Assembly (NCBI GenBank): GCA_965221775.1
Contig: CBDCSU010000006.1
Location: 480,001 to 544,000 of the forward strand
Source of the DNA: Candidatus Latescibacterota bacterium
Lineage (GTDB): Bacteria; Latescibacterota; UBA2968; UBA8231
Direction: 5' to 3'
DNA: 64,000 nt
Part shown: positions 55,419 through 64,000 of the stretch, one piece after another
How positions within the stretch are numbered: position 1 is the first letter of the stretch
How the letters are laid out: each line of letters begins with the position of its first letter
The notes under the pieces: generated by a model
Databases searched by the model: none
Seen by the model: the letters and a program-made list of their open reading frames with translations, nothing else
Told to the model about the DNA's origin: nothing
Translations under genes and position numbers: made by a program

Positions 55419-56185
55419 CAGGGATCCTCCACGTCGACCACGGCCCGGGCCTCCGGCGACAGGCGCCGCACCGTCTCCGGGCTCAGCCACTTCCGCTGAT
55501 CCGTTTGTTGTTTCTCATCCCGCCTGCAGTAGTAGCAGTGCATCGCCGCCCTTTCGGAATCGCTGCGGTTGAGGGTGCCGCCGTGCCACAGGTGCGAGTT
55601 GAAGACCACCACCGTACCCGCCGGCCCCCGCAGCTCCACCTGGCCGGGATGGTCGGCCGTGGGGTCCTCCATCGCCTCGCGGGGCAGCTGCCGGCTGCGA
55701 TGGGAGCCCGGCACCACCCGCGTGGCGCCGTTCTGCTCGGTGAAGTCGGTGATCAGCCAGATCGAGTTGCAGACCCGGTAGTCGCCGGGGGCGACCCCTT
55801 CGCCCCAGTCGGCGTGCAGGCCCTGCCGCCCCTCTCCCGGCAGGGCGGCGCGGGCGTTGAGGGAGGAGAGCCGGAACCGCGGCCCGAGGACGTGGCGGAT
55901 CGCCGCCAGCAGCCGCGGCTCGGTGACGCACTTCTCGAAGACGGGGTCCTTGTCGATGAGGTTGGAGAGCCGCACCGTGCCCTCCTCCTGGTGCACCTCC
56001 AGGCCGGCGCGTTCCCCTTCCTCCGCGGCCAGCTCCTGCAGCCGCCGGCGCCAGGCCGCCGCCTCCGCCTTCGTCAGGACTCCGGGCAGCGGCAGGTAGC
56101 CCTGCTCGTCGAGGAACTCCTTCTCCTCTGCCGTCAGCACGCCGTCGTGGACGCCCAGGCTCTCCAGGGCCTCGACGATGGTCAT
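55418..56185 (-). CDS. Phytanoyl-CoA dioxygenase (PhyH) family protein
   Basis: LHAD, NGATRVVPGSH, LWHGG. Confidence 0.9.
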   Translation of the reverse strand: MTIVEALESLGVHDGVLTAEEKEFLDEQGYLPLPGVLTKAEAAAWRRRLQELAAEEGERAGLEVHQEEGTVRLSNLIDKDPVFEKCVTEPRLLAAIRHVLGPRFRLSSLNARAALPGEGRQGLHADWGEGVAPGDYRVCNSIWLITDFTEQNGATRVVPGSHRSRQLPREAMEDPTADHPGQVELRGPAGTVVVFNSHLWHGGTLNRSDSERAAMHCYYCRRDEKQQTDQRKWLSPETVRRLSPEARAVVDVEDP

Positions 56186-58548
56186 CGTTCGCCTCGCTTC
56201 AGCTTGTCCCCAACGCGGAGGAGCTTCCATCCGAGCGTGGGAAGTGTCAGTTCCATGGCGCCGTCCCGCAACGGAATGGCCTCGCCGTCGAGGGCGGCGG
56301 CGGCACGGGCGGCCGGCGTCAGCCCCAGTCGATCCAGGTTCAGCTCGACGGTCACCGTCCGCTGCTCCCCGTCCATGTTGGAGACCACGGCGAGGAGCCC
56401 GTTCTCCGGATGGCGGTAGAGGCTTGCGTGAGCGTTGGCGGGGGAGACTCTCACCACATTTCCGTTGCTCCAGTAGGGCAGCCACTCCGCCTTCTTGCGG
56501 CCGAATGTGTCCATGACGCGCCAGATGGAGGCGGCCAAGTCGAGCTGCTCGTCGGGGTAGTGGGGGCGGACGGGGACGTCGTGGAGGAGGGTGAAGGCCC
56601 AGGCCTGCTCGTAGTCGTAGGCGGCGCCGGCGTGGAGGAACTCGGCCGGCACGCCCCACTGGCGTCCCATGAACTCGGCGCGGAAGGCGTCGAGGGGCAG
56701 CAGTTCGGCCACGTCGACGCCGCTGCCGACGCCCTGGAACTGCTCGCCGTCCCAGTAGCTGGTGGCCCAGCCGAGGGTGGGCATGGTCATGCACGTGGAG
56801 TTGTGGACGTTCACGTGTCCCCTGCGCCGGCGGGACTTCACCACCTCGTGGATGCGGCGCATGGCGGAGCGCACGGCGAAGATCGGATACGTGGGGGCGA
56901 TGCTGCCGTCGGGGCGCACGTGGCCGCAGCCGTGCTCGGTGTTGCAGCAGCCGAAGGGATATTCGGTGCCGTCGAGGTAGACGCCGTCGATGCCGAACTC
57001 GTCCATGATCCGGGCCATGCCGTCCACGAGCAGGTCCTGCCAGGCGCTGTTGAGGCAGACGCGCCAGGCCGACTGCTCGGGCTGCGGCTGGTAGTGGAAG
57101 ACGGGATAGCCGCCCTTGGGCAGGATGAGGGCGTCCTTGCCCACGGCCTGCCACTCGGAGATGATGTCGGAGATGAGGAAGCCGAAGTAGAGCAGGACCT
57201 GCAGGCCCCGTTCCTTGCAGTCGGCGACGAACTTGCGGACCTCGGCGGCGTGGGGCGTGCTCGTGTAGCCCTCGGCGTCGGACCAGTGCTCGAAGAGGAC
57301 CACCGCACGCACGCCGGAGGCCGCGCACTTGTCCAGCAGCGCCCCGTCGACCTGGAGGCGGCCCGTGGTGCTCGACTGGTTGATGCACAGGATGCGGTGG
57401 TCCCAGGCGTCCTCGCGGATCTCCTTCACCGGCGTCGCCTGGAAGCCGAAGGTGTAGCTCAGCCGCTCGGTGACCACGCCGCCCGGGGTGAGCGGCTCCA
57501 GGTCCTCGGTGCCGAAGCCGGTGAACCCGCCGCCGGAGGCGACCCCCGGAACCAGCTTGACCGGCGTGGTGACGTGGTTCACGCGCAGCACCACCCGGTC
57601 CTCGCGGTGGAGGATCTCGGTGACGCCCCCGGGGTCGGCCACGTGGAACCCGGCGTCGGACTCTGCGAACCACGAGAGCCCGCGCTCCTCGTCGCCCAGC
57701 CAGATATAGGGGCGGAACCCGAGGCGGAGATCCCCTTCCGGCAGGGCCCCCACGTTGCGGGCCTCGCCCCAGCTCCCGGGGAAGTGGTAGAGGTAGCGGG
57801 CCTGGGCTTCGGGCAGGGCCATCTCCAGCGAGAGCGCGTCCAGACGAACCACAGCCTTGGAGGCGACCGACCAGTCGATGCGCACCATGCCGTCGAAGTC
57901 GATCTCGGTGCGGGCCGTGACAGTGAGACCCGCGGGCGACTCGAAGCGACGGTCGAAGACGACCTGCCCCGGCCCGGCGGAGACCGGCGCGATCCGGCCG
58001 CGGGTCCAGCGCACCTCCTCGCCGTTCACCGTGGCCGCCGGCCTCAGCGGCGCGGCGAGCAGCCGGCGCCCGGCGGAGGTGACCTGCGAGGCGAAGGCGG
58101 TCTTCGCGAAGGTGTGGGTCCGCCCCCAGCAGCTGACGTCCAGGCCCTTCGGGGAGGCCGACACCTCCAGCGGCGTCCACGGCGCCCGCACCCTTCGCGT
58201 GATCCCCTCCCGCGAGCCCAGCCACGGGAAGTCCCCCGGCCACTTGTCCAGCAGCGTCCGCGTGGCGAAGCGGACCCCCTCGCGGCTGATGAAGGTGGCC
58301 CGGAAGTCGCAGCAGCCCGAGGGGATCCCGCTGGTGTCGAAGCAGACCTCCTCGCGGCCGATCCCCCGGATGACCCGCCGCTCCCGGCCCTCCTTGGAAC
58401 GCTGGCTGAAGAGGACCAGCTCCACCCGCCCGCCGGCGGCGAGGTGGGTCTCGCCGAGGAGGTGGACGCGGGCGTGGACCTGGCGGTACTCGTACCGGGT
58501 GTAGACCATGACGGTGACGGCGCGGTCGGATGTCTGGGTTTCGGACAT
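56182..58548 (-). CDS. DUF6067-like putative glycoside hydrolase, no signal peptide
   Basis: PWTPL, WLGDEERGLSWFAESD, FQATPVK, DGVYLDG, WDGEQ, LDAFRAEFMG, LLHDV, LPYW. Confidence 0.7.
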   Translation of the reverse strand: MSETQTSDRAVTVMVYTRYEYRQVHARVHLLGETHLAAGGRVELVLFSQRSKEGRERRVIRGIGREEVCFDTSGIPSGCCDFRATFISREGVRFATRTLLDKWPGDFPWLGSREGITRRVRAPWTPLEVSASPKGLDVSCWGRTHTFAKTAFASQVTSAGRRLLAAPLRPAATVNGEEVRWTRGRIAPVSAGPGQVVFDRRFESPAGLTVTARTEIDFDGMVRIDWSVASKAVVRLDALSLEMALPEAQARYLYHFPGSWGEARNVGALPEGDLRLGFRPYIWLGDEERGLSWFAESDAGFHVADPGGVTEILHREDRVVLRVNHVTTPVKLVPGVASGGGFTGFGTEDLEPLTPGGVVTERLSYTFGFQATPVKEIREDAWDHRILCINQSSTTGRLQVDGALLDKCAASGVRAVVLFEHWSDAEGYTSTPHAAEVRKFVADCKERGLQVLLYFGFLISDIISEWQAVGKDALILPKGGYPVFHYQPQPEQSAWRVCLNSAWQDLLVDGMARIMDEFGIDGVYLDGTEYPFGCCNTEHGCGHVRPDGSIAPTYPIFAVRSAMRRIHEVVKSRRRRGHVNVHNSTCMTMPTLGWATSYWDGEQFQGVGSGVDVAELLPLDAFRAEFMGRQWGVPAEFLHAGAAYDYEQAWAFTLLHDVPVRPHYPDEQLDLAASIWRVMDTFGRKKAEWLPYWSNGNVVRVSPANAHASLYRHPENGLLAVVSNMDGEQRTVTVELNLDRLGLTPAARAAAALDGEAIPLRDGAMELTLPTLGWKLLRVGDKLKRGER

Positions 58549-58558
58549 GGACCCTCCT

Positions 58559-59326
58559 TCAGGAGGCGGACGGGGCGTCTCCCCCCGCCTTCCCCAGCAC
58601 GTACACGATGAAGTTCGGCGCCCGGAACTCGTCCTCCCAGGTCGGGTGCCGCTCCAGCTGATCCGCCGTCGGCACCGGCTCGTGCAGCGCCTCCAGAACG
58701 AACCCCGCCTCCAGGAAGGCGGAGACGTAGCTGGACAGGGTGCGGTGCATGTTCAGGAAGCCGGGGCGCCACCAGTGGAACTCCCGCGGGCCCTCGCGCA
58801 TGTAGTCGTCCACGGGGTAGAACAGCTTGCGCGGGCCCTGGCGGATCCAGCCGCCGGGCTGCGACATGCGCATGGGGTGGATGTTGCAGACCACCAGGCG
58901 GCCGGCGGGGCGCAGGACGCGGAAAGCCGCGTCGATGGCGGCACGGTGGTCGTGGACGTCGACCAGGACGATGTAGGAGACGGCGAGGTCGAACTCTCCG
59001 TCGCCGAGGCCCTCCAGCTCCTCGGCGTCGCCCACGAGGTAGGTCTCGCCGTCCGAGCCTTCCGAGCGGGCCCGGTCGATGAGGCCCGGCGTCAGATCGA
59101 GGCCGGTGACCTCCGCCCCGAGGCCGGCGAGGACCCGGCAGAACCTCCCCTCGCCGCAGCCGATGTCGAGGACGCGGCGGCCGGTCACCTCGCCCAGCGC
59201 GCCGAGCACCCAGTCGTCGAGGAAGTCGGTGCGCACCGACTGGTCCTGGCCGATCCAGTCCTCCACCGCCTCCTGCCACTGGGCCTGCAGCCGCCGCCGG
59301 AGGTTCATGTCGTCGGACGTTGTCAT
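58559..59326 (-). CDS. Class I SAM-dependent methyltransferase
   Basis: VLDIGCGEG, FD, RVLRPAG, HP, HRTLSSY. Confidence 0.9.
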   Translation of the reverse strand: MTTSDDMNLRRRLQAQWQEAVEDWIGQDQSVRTDFLDDWVLGALGEVTGRRVLDIGCGEGRFCRVLAGLGAEVTGLDLTPGLIDRARSEGSDGETYLVGDAEELEGLGDGEFDLAVSYIVLVDVHDHRAAIDAAFRVLRPAGRLVVCNIHPMRMSQPGGWIRQGPRKLFYPVDDYMREGPREFHWWRPGFLNMHRTLSSYVSAFLEAGFVLEALHEPVPTADQLERHPTWEDEFRAPNFIVYVLGKAGGDAPSAS

Positions 59327-59362
59327 GGGAAGAGCGCGTGACCGACGGCGTCCGCGCCGAGC

Positions 59363-60217
59363 CTACGTTTCCTGCTCGGCCACCCGGGACCGTTCCTGCA
59401 GGTCGTACAGGGAGGCGACGTCGCCCTGGTATCGAGGGATCGGGAAGCTGTCCTGATCGAAGCGCGCCTCCCGCGCCGCCTCCCCTCGAACCAGGCGCAC
59501 GTGGGCCTCCGCCTTGTGGGTCATGGGACCACAGTAGATGGGGAAGGCGTCGGCCGCCCGGTAGCTGAGGATCAGGGTCCGCCGCGGGCGCCGCGACTGG
59601 TTCGGCGCGGAGGCGTGCGGCGTCAGGCCGTGCATGAAGATGGCCGTGCCGGCGCGGCCTTCGACCGAGACCGCCTCCGCCTCGTCCACCGCCTCGGTGA
59701 CGCGGCCCTGGAAGTACCCGTCCCTGGTGTGCTCCAGCAGCACCGAGTCGTGGCGGCCGGGCAGCAGCTGCAGGGCGCCGTTGCCGCGGTCGGTCTCGTC
59801 CAGGTAGAACAGCACCGCCAGGCTGTCGCGGTTCGTCAACGGGTAGTATGACAGGTCCTGGTGCCACTCGACCACGGAGCCGACCTCGGCCGGTTTCACG
59901 TTCAGCTTGCTGTAGTGGAATACCAAGTTCGGCCCGCACAGCTGCCCGACCGCGTCCAGCAGGCGGTCCAGCTCCGACAGGGCGCGGGCCACCGGATAGT
60001 AGGAGCACGGCTCGTACAGGCGGCGCACCGCCGTGCCCTCCGGCGGCTGGTCGGGCTCCATCTCCAGGCGCGTGGCGTCGTGGCACCGCCGGGTGCTGCC
60101 GGCGCAGACCGCGTCGGCCTCGCCCAGCAGGTCGTCCACCTCGGCCGGCGTCAGGAATCCCTCGCACACCGTGAACCCGTCGCGGCGGAAGGCGGCGATC
60201 CGTGCTTCCGTCAACAT
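59363..60217 (-). CDS. Phytanoyl-CoA dioxygenase (PhyH) family protein
   Basis: KLNVK, WHQD, NGAL..LPGRH, PHASAPN...RR. Confidence 0.9.
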   Translation of the reverse strand: MLTEARIAAFRRDGFTVCEGFLTPAEVDDLLGEADAVCAGSTRRCHDATRLEMEPDQPPEGTAVRRLYEPCSYYPVARALSELDRLLDAVGQLCGPNLVFHYSKLNVKPAEVGSVVEWHQDLSYYPLTNRDSLAVLFYLDETDRGNGALQLLPGRHDSVLLEHTRDGYFQGRVTEAVDEAEAVSVEGRAGTAIFMHGLTPHASAPNQSRRPRRTLILSYRAADAFPIYCGPMTHKAEAHVRLVRGEAAREARFDQDSFPIPRYQGDVASLYDLQERSRVAEQET

Positions 60218-60984
60218 CGGTCCGGCTCCGTTCGGCCGGCCTGGTAGGGGAAGCTCTCGGCCCCGATGATGGTGCCCTCCGGCCGGAAGGAGCGGGGCTC
60301 CACGGTCGGGCTCTCGCCGGCGATCATGCGGCGCAGGAGGCGCTCCACGTGGGGCACGACGATCTCGATGGCCCGCTCCCCCTGCTCGCGCGTGGCGAGG
60401 CCGGCGCCCTCGTCTTCGATGGCTTCTTCGCGCACCCGCTCGGGGAAGGCAGCCAGGGCGAAGGCGGTCTCGAACTCGTTGGCGTGACCCGGCACCCGCT
60501 TGCTGCGCACCAGGGAGTAGACCTCGTCGTCGGAGTAGAGATCCCAGTACGTGGCGTAGACGATGCCGGGGCCGAGCAACTGGCGGTAGCGGGTCAGCTC
60601 CTTGCGCAACGGGTGCATGTGCCCCCCGTGGCCGTTGAGAATCAGCACGCGCTCGATGCCGGCGCGGGTGATGCTCTCACAGATGTCGAAGACGTAGTCC
60701 AGGAAGGTGCCCACCCGCGTCGTCAGTGTGCCCGGATGCATCATGTGGTGCTCGGACACGCCCACCTGTACCGTGGGCGCCACGACCACGGCCGGGTGCA
60801 ACGCGGCGGCCGCCCGGTGCGCCACCAGGGTGACGCTGGCGCTGTCGTGACACATCTCCAGGTGCTCGAGGTGCTGCTCCGTGGTCCCCGTGGGCACGAT
60901 GGCCGCCTTCAGGGTGCCCGCCTGGAGCATCTCCCGGAACTCCCTTCGTGTGAAGTCGCCGATCAGGATCCGCCGGTCGCGCAT
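60211..60984 (-). CDS. Creatininase/MftE family amidohydrolase
   Basis: PTGTTEQH..HL...D, GVSEHH, LNGHGG, GHANEFET. Confidence 0.85.
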   Translation of the reverse strand: MRDRRILIGDFTRREFREMLQAGTLKAAIVPTGTTEQHLEHLEMCHDSASVTLVAHRAAAALHPAVVVAPTVQVGVSEHHMMHPGTLTTRVGTFLDYVFDICESITRAGIERVLILNGHGGHMHPLRKELTRYRQLLGPGIVYATYWDLYSDDEVYSLVRSKRVPGHANEFETAFALAAFPERVREEAIEDEGAGLATREQGERAIEIVVPHVERLLRRMIAGESPTVEPRSFRPEGTIIGAESFPYQAGRTEPDRC

Positions 60985-61045
60985 CTGTCTCCCTCTCCAT
61001 GGCCGCAGGGTGGATACCGTAAGAAAGCGCCGGGTCTCCCAGCCG

Positions 61046-62086
61046 TCATGCGAAGAGCCGGGTGATCTCTTCGACCTCGAACCTGGGCAGGTCGGCCAGG
61101 GCGCCGTCCGGGAGACGCAGGCGCAGGCCGAAGCCCGACTCCCGCGCCGTGCCGATGCGGGCGCAGGCGATGCCCTTCCCTTCCAGGGCGGCGGTCACCG
61201 TCCCCGCGGCCTCCGGATCGCAGCCGATGAGCAGGGCGCCCGAGGAGATCACGCCGAAGGGGTCCAGCCCGAACTCGGCGCACAGGCGCCGCGACTCGGC
61301 GCTCACCGGCAGGGCGCCGCCGTCGATCTCCAGCCCCACCTGCGAGGCCCCGGCCATCTCGGCCAGACCCGTGGCCACGCCGCCCTCGGTGGGGTCGTGC
61401 AGGGCGTGGACGCCCCCCGCCGCCAGGGCCGTCCGGGCGTCGGCGACGACGCTGATGCCGGGGTCGTCCAGGTAGCCGGCGCAGCGGTCGAGGCCGGCCT
61501 CCGTCCAGCCGCGGGACCGCAACTCGTCCCGCTTCTCGGCGGCGATGATCGCCGTGGCCTCGATGGCCATGCCCTTGGTCAGCAGCAGCGCGTCCCCCGG
61601 CCCCAGTCCGGAGGAGCGGACCACGCCGCCCCGGCGGACCTCGCCGAGCATCTGGCCCACCACGAGGGGCCGGTCCATCCCGAAGGAGACCTCGGTGTGG
61701 CCGCCGGCCACGGTCACGCCCAGCTCCCCGCAGGCCTGGTGGATCTGCCCCAGGATCTGCTCGAAGAGGGCGCGGGTGGCCAGCTCTTCGGGGACGATGA
61801 CCGAGGCCAGGAACCACTTCGGCACCGCCCCCATGGCGGCGATGTCGTTGGCGTTGACGTGGACGGCGTACCAGCCGATGCGGTCGGTGGCGAAGGTGAT
61901 GGGGTCGGTCTTGGCCACCAGGCAGCGGTCGCCGAAGTCGATGACGGCGGCGTCCTCGCCGACGCCGGGGGGCACCAGGAGGCGCGGGTCGTCGCCGCCG
62001 GCGTAGCGGCCGAGCAGTTCCTCCAGGACCGGCGCGGGCAGCTTGCCGGCGCCGAAGCGGCGCTCCCCCTCAGCGCCGGCCGCCAT
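61046..62086 (-). CDS. AIR synthase-related (HypE/ThiL-like) protein
   Basis: GKL, GEDAAV, KTDPIT, NANDIA, GGHTEV, HDPTEGG. Confidence 0.85.
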   Translation of the reverse strand: MAAGAEGERRFGAGKLPAPVLEELLGRYAGGDDPRLLVPPGVGEDAAVIDFGDRCLVAKTDPITFATDRIGWYAVHVNANDIAAMGAVPKWFLASVIVPEELATRALFEQILGQIHQACGELGVTVAGGHTEVSFGMDRPLVVGQMLGEVRRGGVVRSSGLGPGDALLLTKGMAIEATAIIAAEKRDELRSRGWTEAGLDRCAGYLDDPGISVVADARTALAAGGVHALHDPTEGGVATGLAEMAGASQVGLEIDGGALPVSAESRRLCAEFGLDPFGVISSGALLIGCDPEAAGTVTAALEGKGIACARIGTARESGFGLRLRLPDGALADLPRFEVEEITRLFA

Positions 62087-63614
62087 AGTGCTCGCACAGG
62101 GCCCGCGCGAGGGCGGGCACGCTGCTCTCGCCCGGCTGCACGGCCACCGTCAGGCCGAGGTCGGCCACCGCCCGCGCCGTGGTCGGGCCGATGGCGGCGA
62201 TGTCGAGGCGGCGCAGGTGCTCCAGGCCGGCCTCGCGGCCGCTGACGGCGAGGAAGTTGCGCACGCTGGAGGGGCTGGCGAAGACGGCGCAGTCGAGGCG
62301 GCCCCCGGTCAGGGCCTCGGGCAGCTGCACGGAGGCCGGGTCGGGGGGGCGGTTCTCGTAGGCCGTCACCCTCAGGACGAGGGCGCCGCGGCCGGCGAGG
62401 CTCTCGTCCAGCTCGGTGCGCCCGATGGAGGAGGCGGGCAGGAGGACCTCGGCGCCGGTGAGGTCGACGGCCTCGAAGGCGGCGGCCAGTCCGGCGGCGG
62501 AGTGGACCTCGGGCACGAGGTCCGGCTCGACGCCGCGCTCGCGCAGCAGCTGGCCGGTGGACAGGCCCACGGCGGCCACCCGGGCGCCGCCGTAGGCGCG
62601 CGAGTCCCGCCCCAGCCGGCGCAGGCGGTCGTGGAAGAACTCGACGGAGTTGGGACTGGTGAACACGATCCAGGCGAAGCCGGAGAGCCGCGACAGGGCG
62701 CCGTCGAGGGCGGTCCAGTCGTCGGGCGGGCCGATCTCCAGCAGCGGCAGCAGGTGCACCTCGGCGCCCTCCGACTCCAGCATCAGCCGCAGGGGGCCGG
62801 CCTGCTCGCGGCTGCGCGTGATCAGGATGCGGCGGCCGAAGAGGGGCCGCGACTCGAACCAGGAGAGGCGCCCCTGCAGGCCGACGACCTCGCCCACGAC
62901 GATCAGCGTCGGCGAGGACAGACCCGCGGCCTCGACCTGACCCGCAAGGCTCTCCAGGGTCCCCGTAACCGTCCGCTGCCGCGGCCAGGTGCCCCACTGG
63001 ATCGCCGCCGCCGGCGTCTCCGGCGCCCGCCCGCCGGCGGTCAGGGCCTCGCAGATGGCGCCGACCTTGCGGCTGCCCATGAAGACCACCAGGGTCCCCG
63101 GCACCTGGGCCAGCCGCGGCCAGTCGACGCCGGACTCCGGCTTGGACGGGTCCTCGTGGCCGGTTACCAGGACCGCCGCGGCGGCCAGGCCCCGGTGGGT
63201 CAGCGGGATGCCGGCGTAGGTCGGCGCGCCCGAGGCGGCGGAGACGCCGCAGACGACCTCGAAGGGCACCCCCGCCTCGGCCAGGGCCAGGGCCTCCTCG
63301 CCGCCGCGGCCGAAGATGTAGGGGTCGCCGCCCTTCAGGCGCACCACCCGGCGCCCGGCGCGGGCCTCGGCCACGAGCCGCTGGCTCAGCTCGTCCTGGC
63401 GGCGGGCGCTGCCGCCGCCGCGGTGCCCGGCGGCCACCCGCTCGCACCCCGGCCGGGTGTGCTCCAGCAGCCGCCGGTCGATCAGGTCGTCGTAGAACAC
63501 CACGTCCGCCTCCGCCAGGAGACGGGCGCCCTTGAGGGTCAGCAGGCCGGGGTCGCCGGGACCGCCGCCGACGATGTAGACGCGGCCCTCGACAGCCTCG
63601 GGGGGATGGTCCAC
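62070..63614 (-). CDS. cobA/hemD: Fused uroporphyrinogen-III C-methyltransferase / uroporphyrinogen-III synthase
   Basis: VGGGPGDPGLLT, RLKGGDP.IFGRGGEE, then PLFGRRILITR, FTSPNSV, FASPSSV, IGPTTA. Confidence 0.95.
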   Translation of the reverse strand: MDHPPEAVEGRVYIVGGGPGDPGLLTLKGARLLAEADVVFYDDLIDRRLLEHTRPGCERVAAGHRGGGSARRQDELSQRLVAEARAGRRVVRLKGGDPYIFGRGGEEALALAEAGVPFEVVCGVSAASGAPTYAGIPLTHRGLAAAAVLVTGHEDPSKPESGVDWPRLAQVPGTLVVFMGSRKVGAICEALTAGGRAPETPAAAIQWGTWPRQRTVTGTLESLAGQVEAAGLSSPTLIVVGEVVGLQGRLSWFESRPLFGRRILITRSREQAGPLRLMLESEGAEVHLLPLLEIGPPDDWTALDGALSRLSGFAWIVFTSPNSVEFFHDRLRRLGRDSRAYGGARVAAVGLSTGQLLRERGVEPDLVPEVHSAAGLAAAFEAVDLTGAEVLLPASSIGRTELDESLAGRGALVLRVTAYENRPPDPASVQLPEALTGGRLDCAVFASPSSVRNFLAVSGREAGLEHLRRLDIAAIGPTTARAVADLGLTVAVQPGESSVPALARALCEHYGGRR

Positions 63615-63624
63615 GGGGGCGGGC

Positions 63625-64000
63625 TCAGGCGGCGCAGGCCGACAGGATCGCCCGGCCGCCGGCGGCCTTGACGCGTTCGGCCAGGTCGGCGCCCAGCCGC
63701 TCGGCGGCCTCCAGGGGGCCGCGTACCGAGGCCCGGGTCGAGTCGCGGCCGTCGGGGCTCAGCACGGCGCCGTCGACGCGCAGCCCGCCCTCCCCGGGGC
63801 GGCCCCAGGCGGCGATGGGGGTGCCGCAGCCGCCGCCGAGACCGGCGAGGAAGGCGCGCTCGGCGGTGACCGCCGCCAGGGTCGGGGGGTGGCTGAGGGC
63901 GGCCACGAGGGCGGCGCGGCCGTCATCGGCGCGCATCTGCAGGCCGAGGGCGCCCTGGCCGGGGGCGGGCAACACGGTGAGGGGGTCGAGAAACCAGCTG
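63625..64000 (-). CDS. hemC: Hydroxymethylbilane synthase, C-terminal part (runs off the window)
   Basis: LPAPGQGALG, AERAFL..LGGGC.TPIAA (cofactor Cys); directly upstream of cobA/hemD. Confidence 0.92.
   Translation of the reverse strand, partial: SWFLDPLTVLPAPGQGALGLQMRADDGRAALVAALSHPPTLAAVTAERAFLAGLGGGCGTPIAAWGRPGEGGLRVDGAVLSPDGRDSTRASVRGPLEAAERLGADLAERVKAAGGRAILSACAA

Overview
A 64-kb, very GC-rich (about 70% by eye) bacterial chromosomal segment with about 50 densely packed CDSs. I found no rRNA, tRNA, CRISPR array, transposase or integrase. A PorV-like barrel, proteins with T9SS/FlgD-Ig-type C-terminal domains (CTDs), FG-GAP/ASPIC proteins, three PhyH dioxygenases, a sulfatase and a sulfotransferase suggest an FCB-superphylum organism (Latescibacterota/Gemmatimonadota-like, possibly host- or sponge-associated); this taxonomy is inference only. 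Family names are recognised from motifs, not database searches. Main blocks: (1) MFS transporter plus a secreted PQQ-propeller/di-heme cytochrome c/CTD fusion; (2) DegT aminotransferase-SDR-M81 peptidase operon; (3) an envelope operon with two FG-GAP/ASPIC proteins, a DUF6057-like membrane protein, a CxxCH TolB-like propeller and a Thr-type Tat sulfatase; (4) mixed metabolic genes (PreP-like M16C peptidase, anmK, D-TA-family PLP enzyme, core MetE, ptrB); (5) a ~5-kb accessory islet after ptrB with intact and decayed DUF1778 antitoxin copies, vapBC, an AAA-PD-(D/E)xK protein, a CTD remnant and an orphan PD-(D/E)xK nuclease; (6) yhdT-panF-like operon; (7) the best candidate for an undescribed system, a SusD-free glycan-uptake locus: TonB-dependent receptor, CTD-bearing surface protein and dedicated PorV-like barrel under a multi-operator promoter, next to a DUF6785-like inner-membrane protein, a heparinase II/III-like protein, a DUF6067-like glycosidase, an oxidoreductase and dgoD; (8) hemC-cobA/hemD at the right edge.
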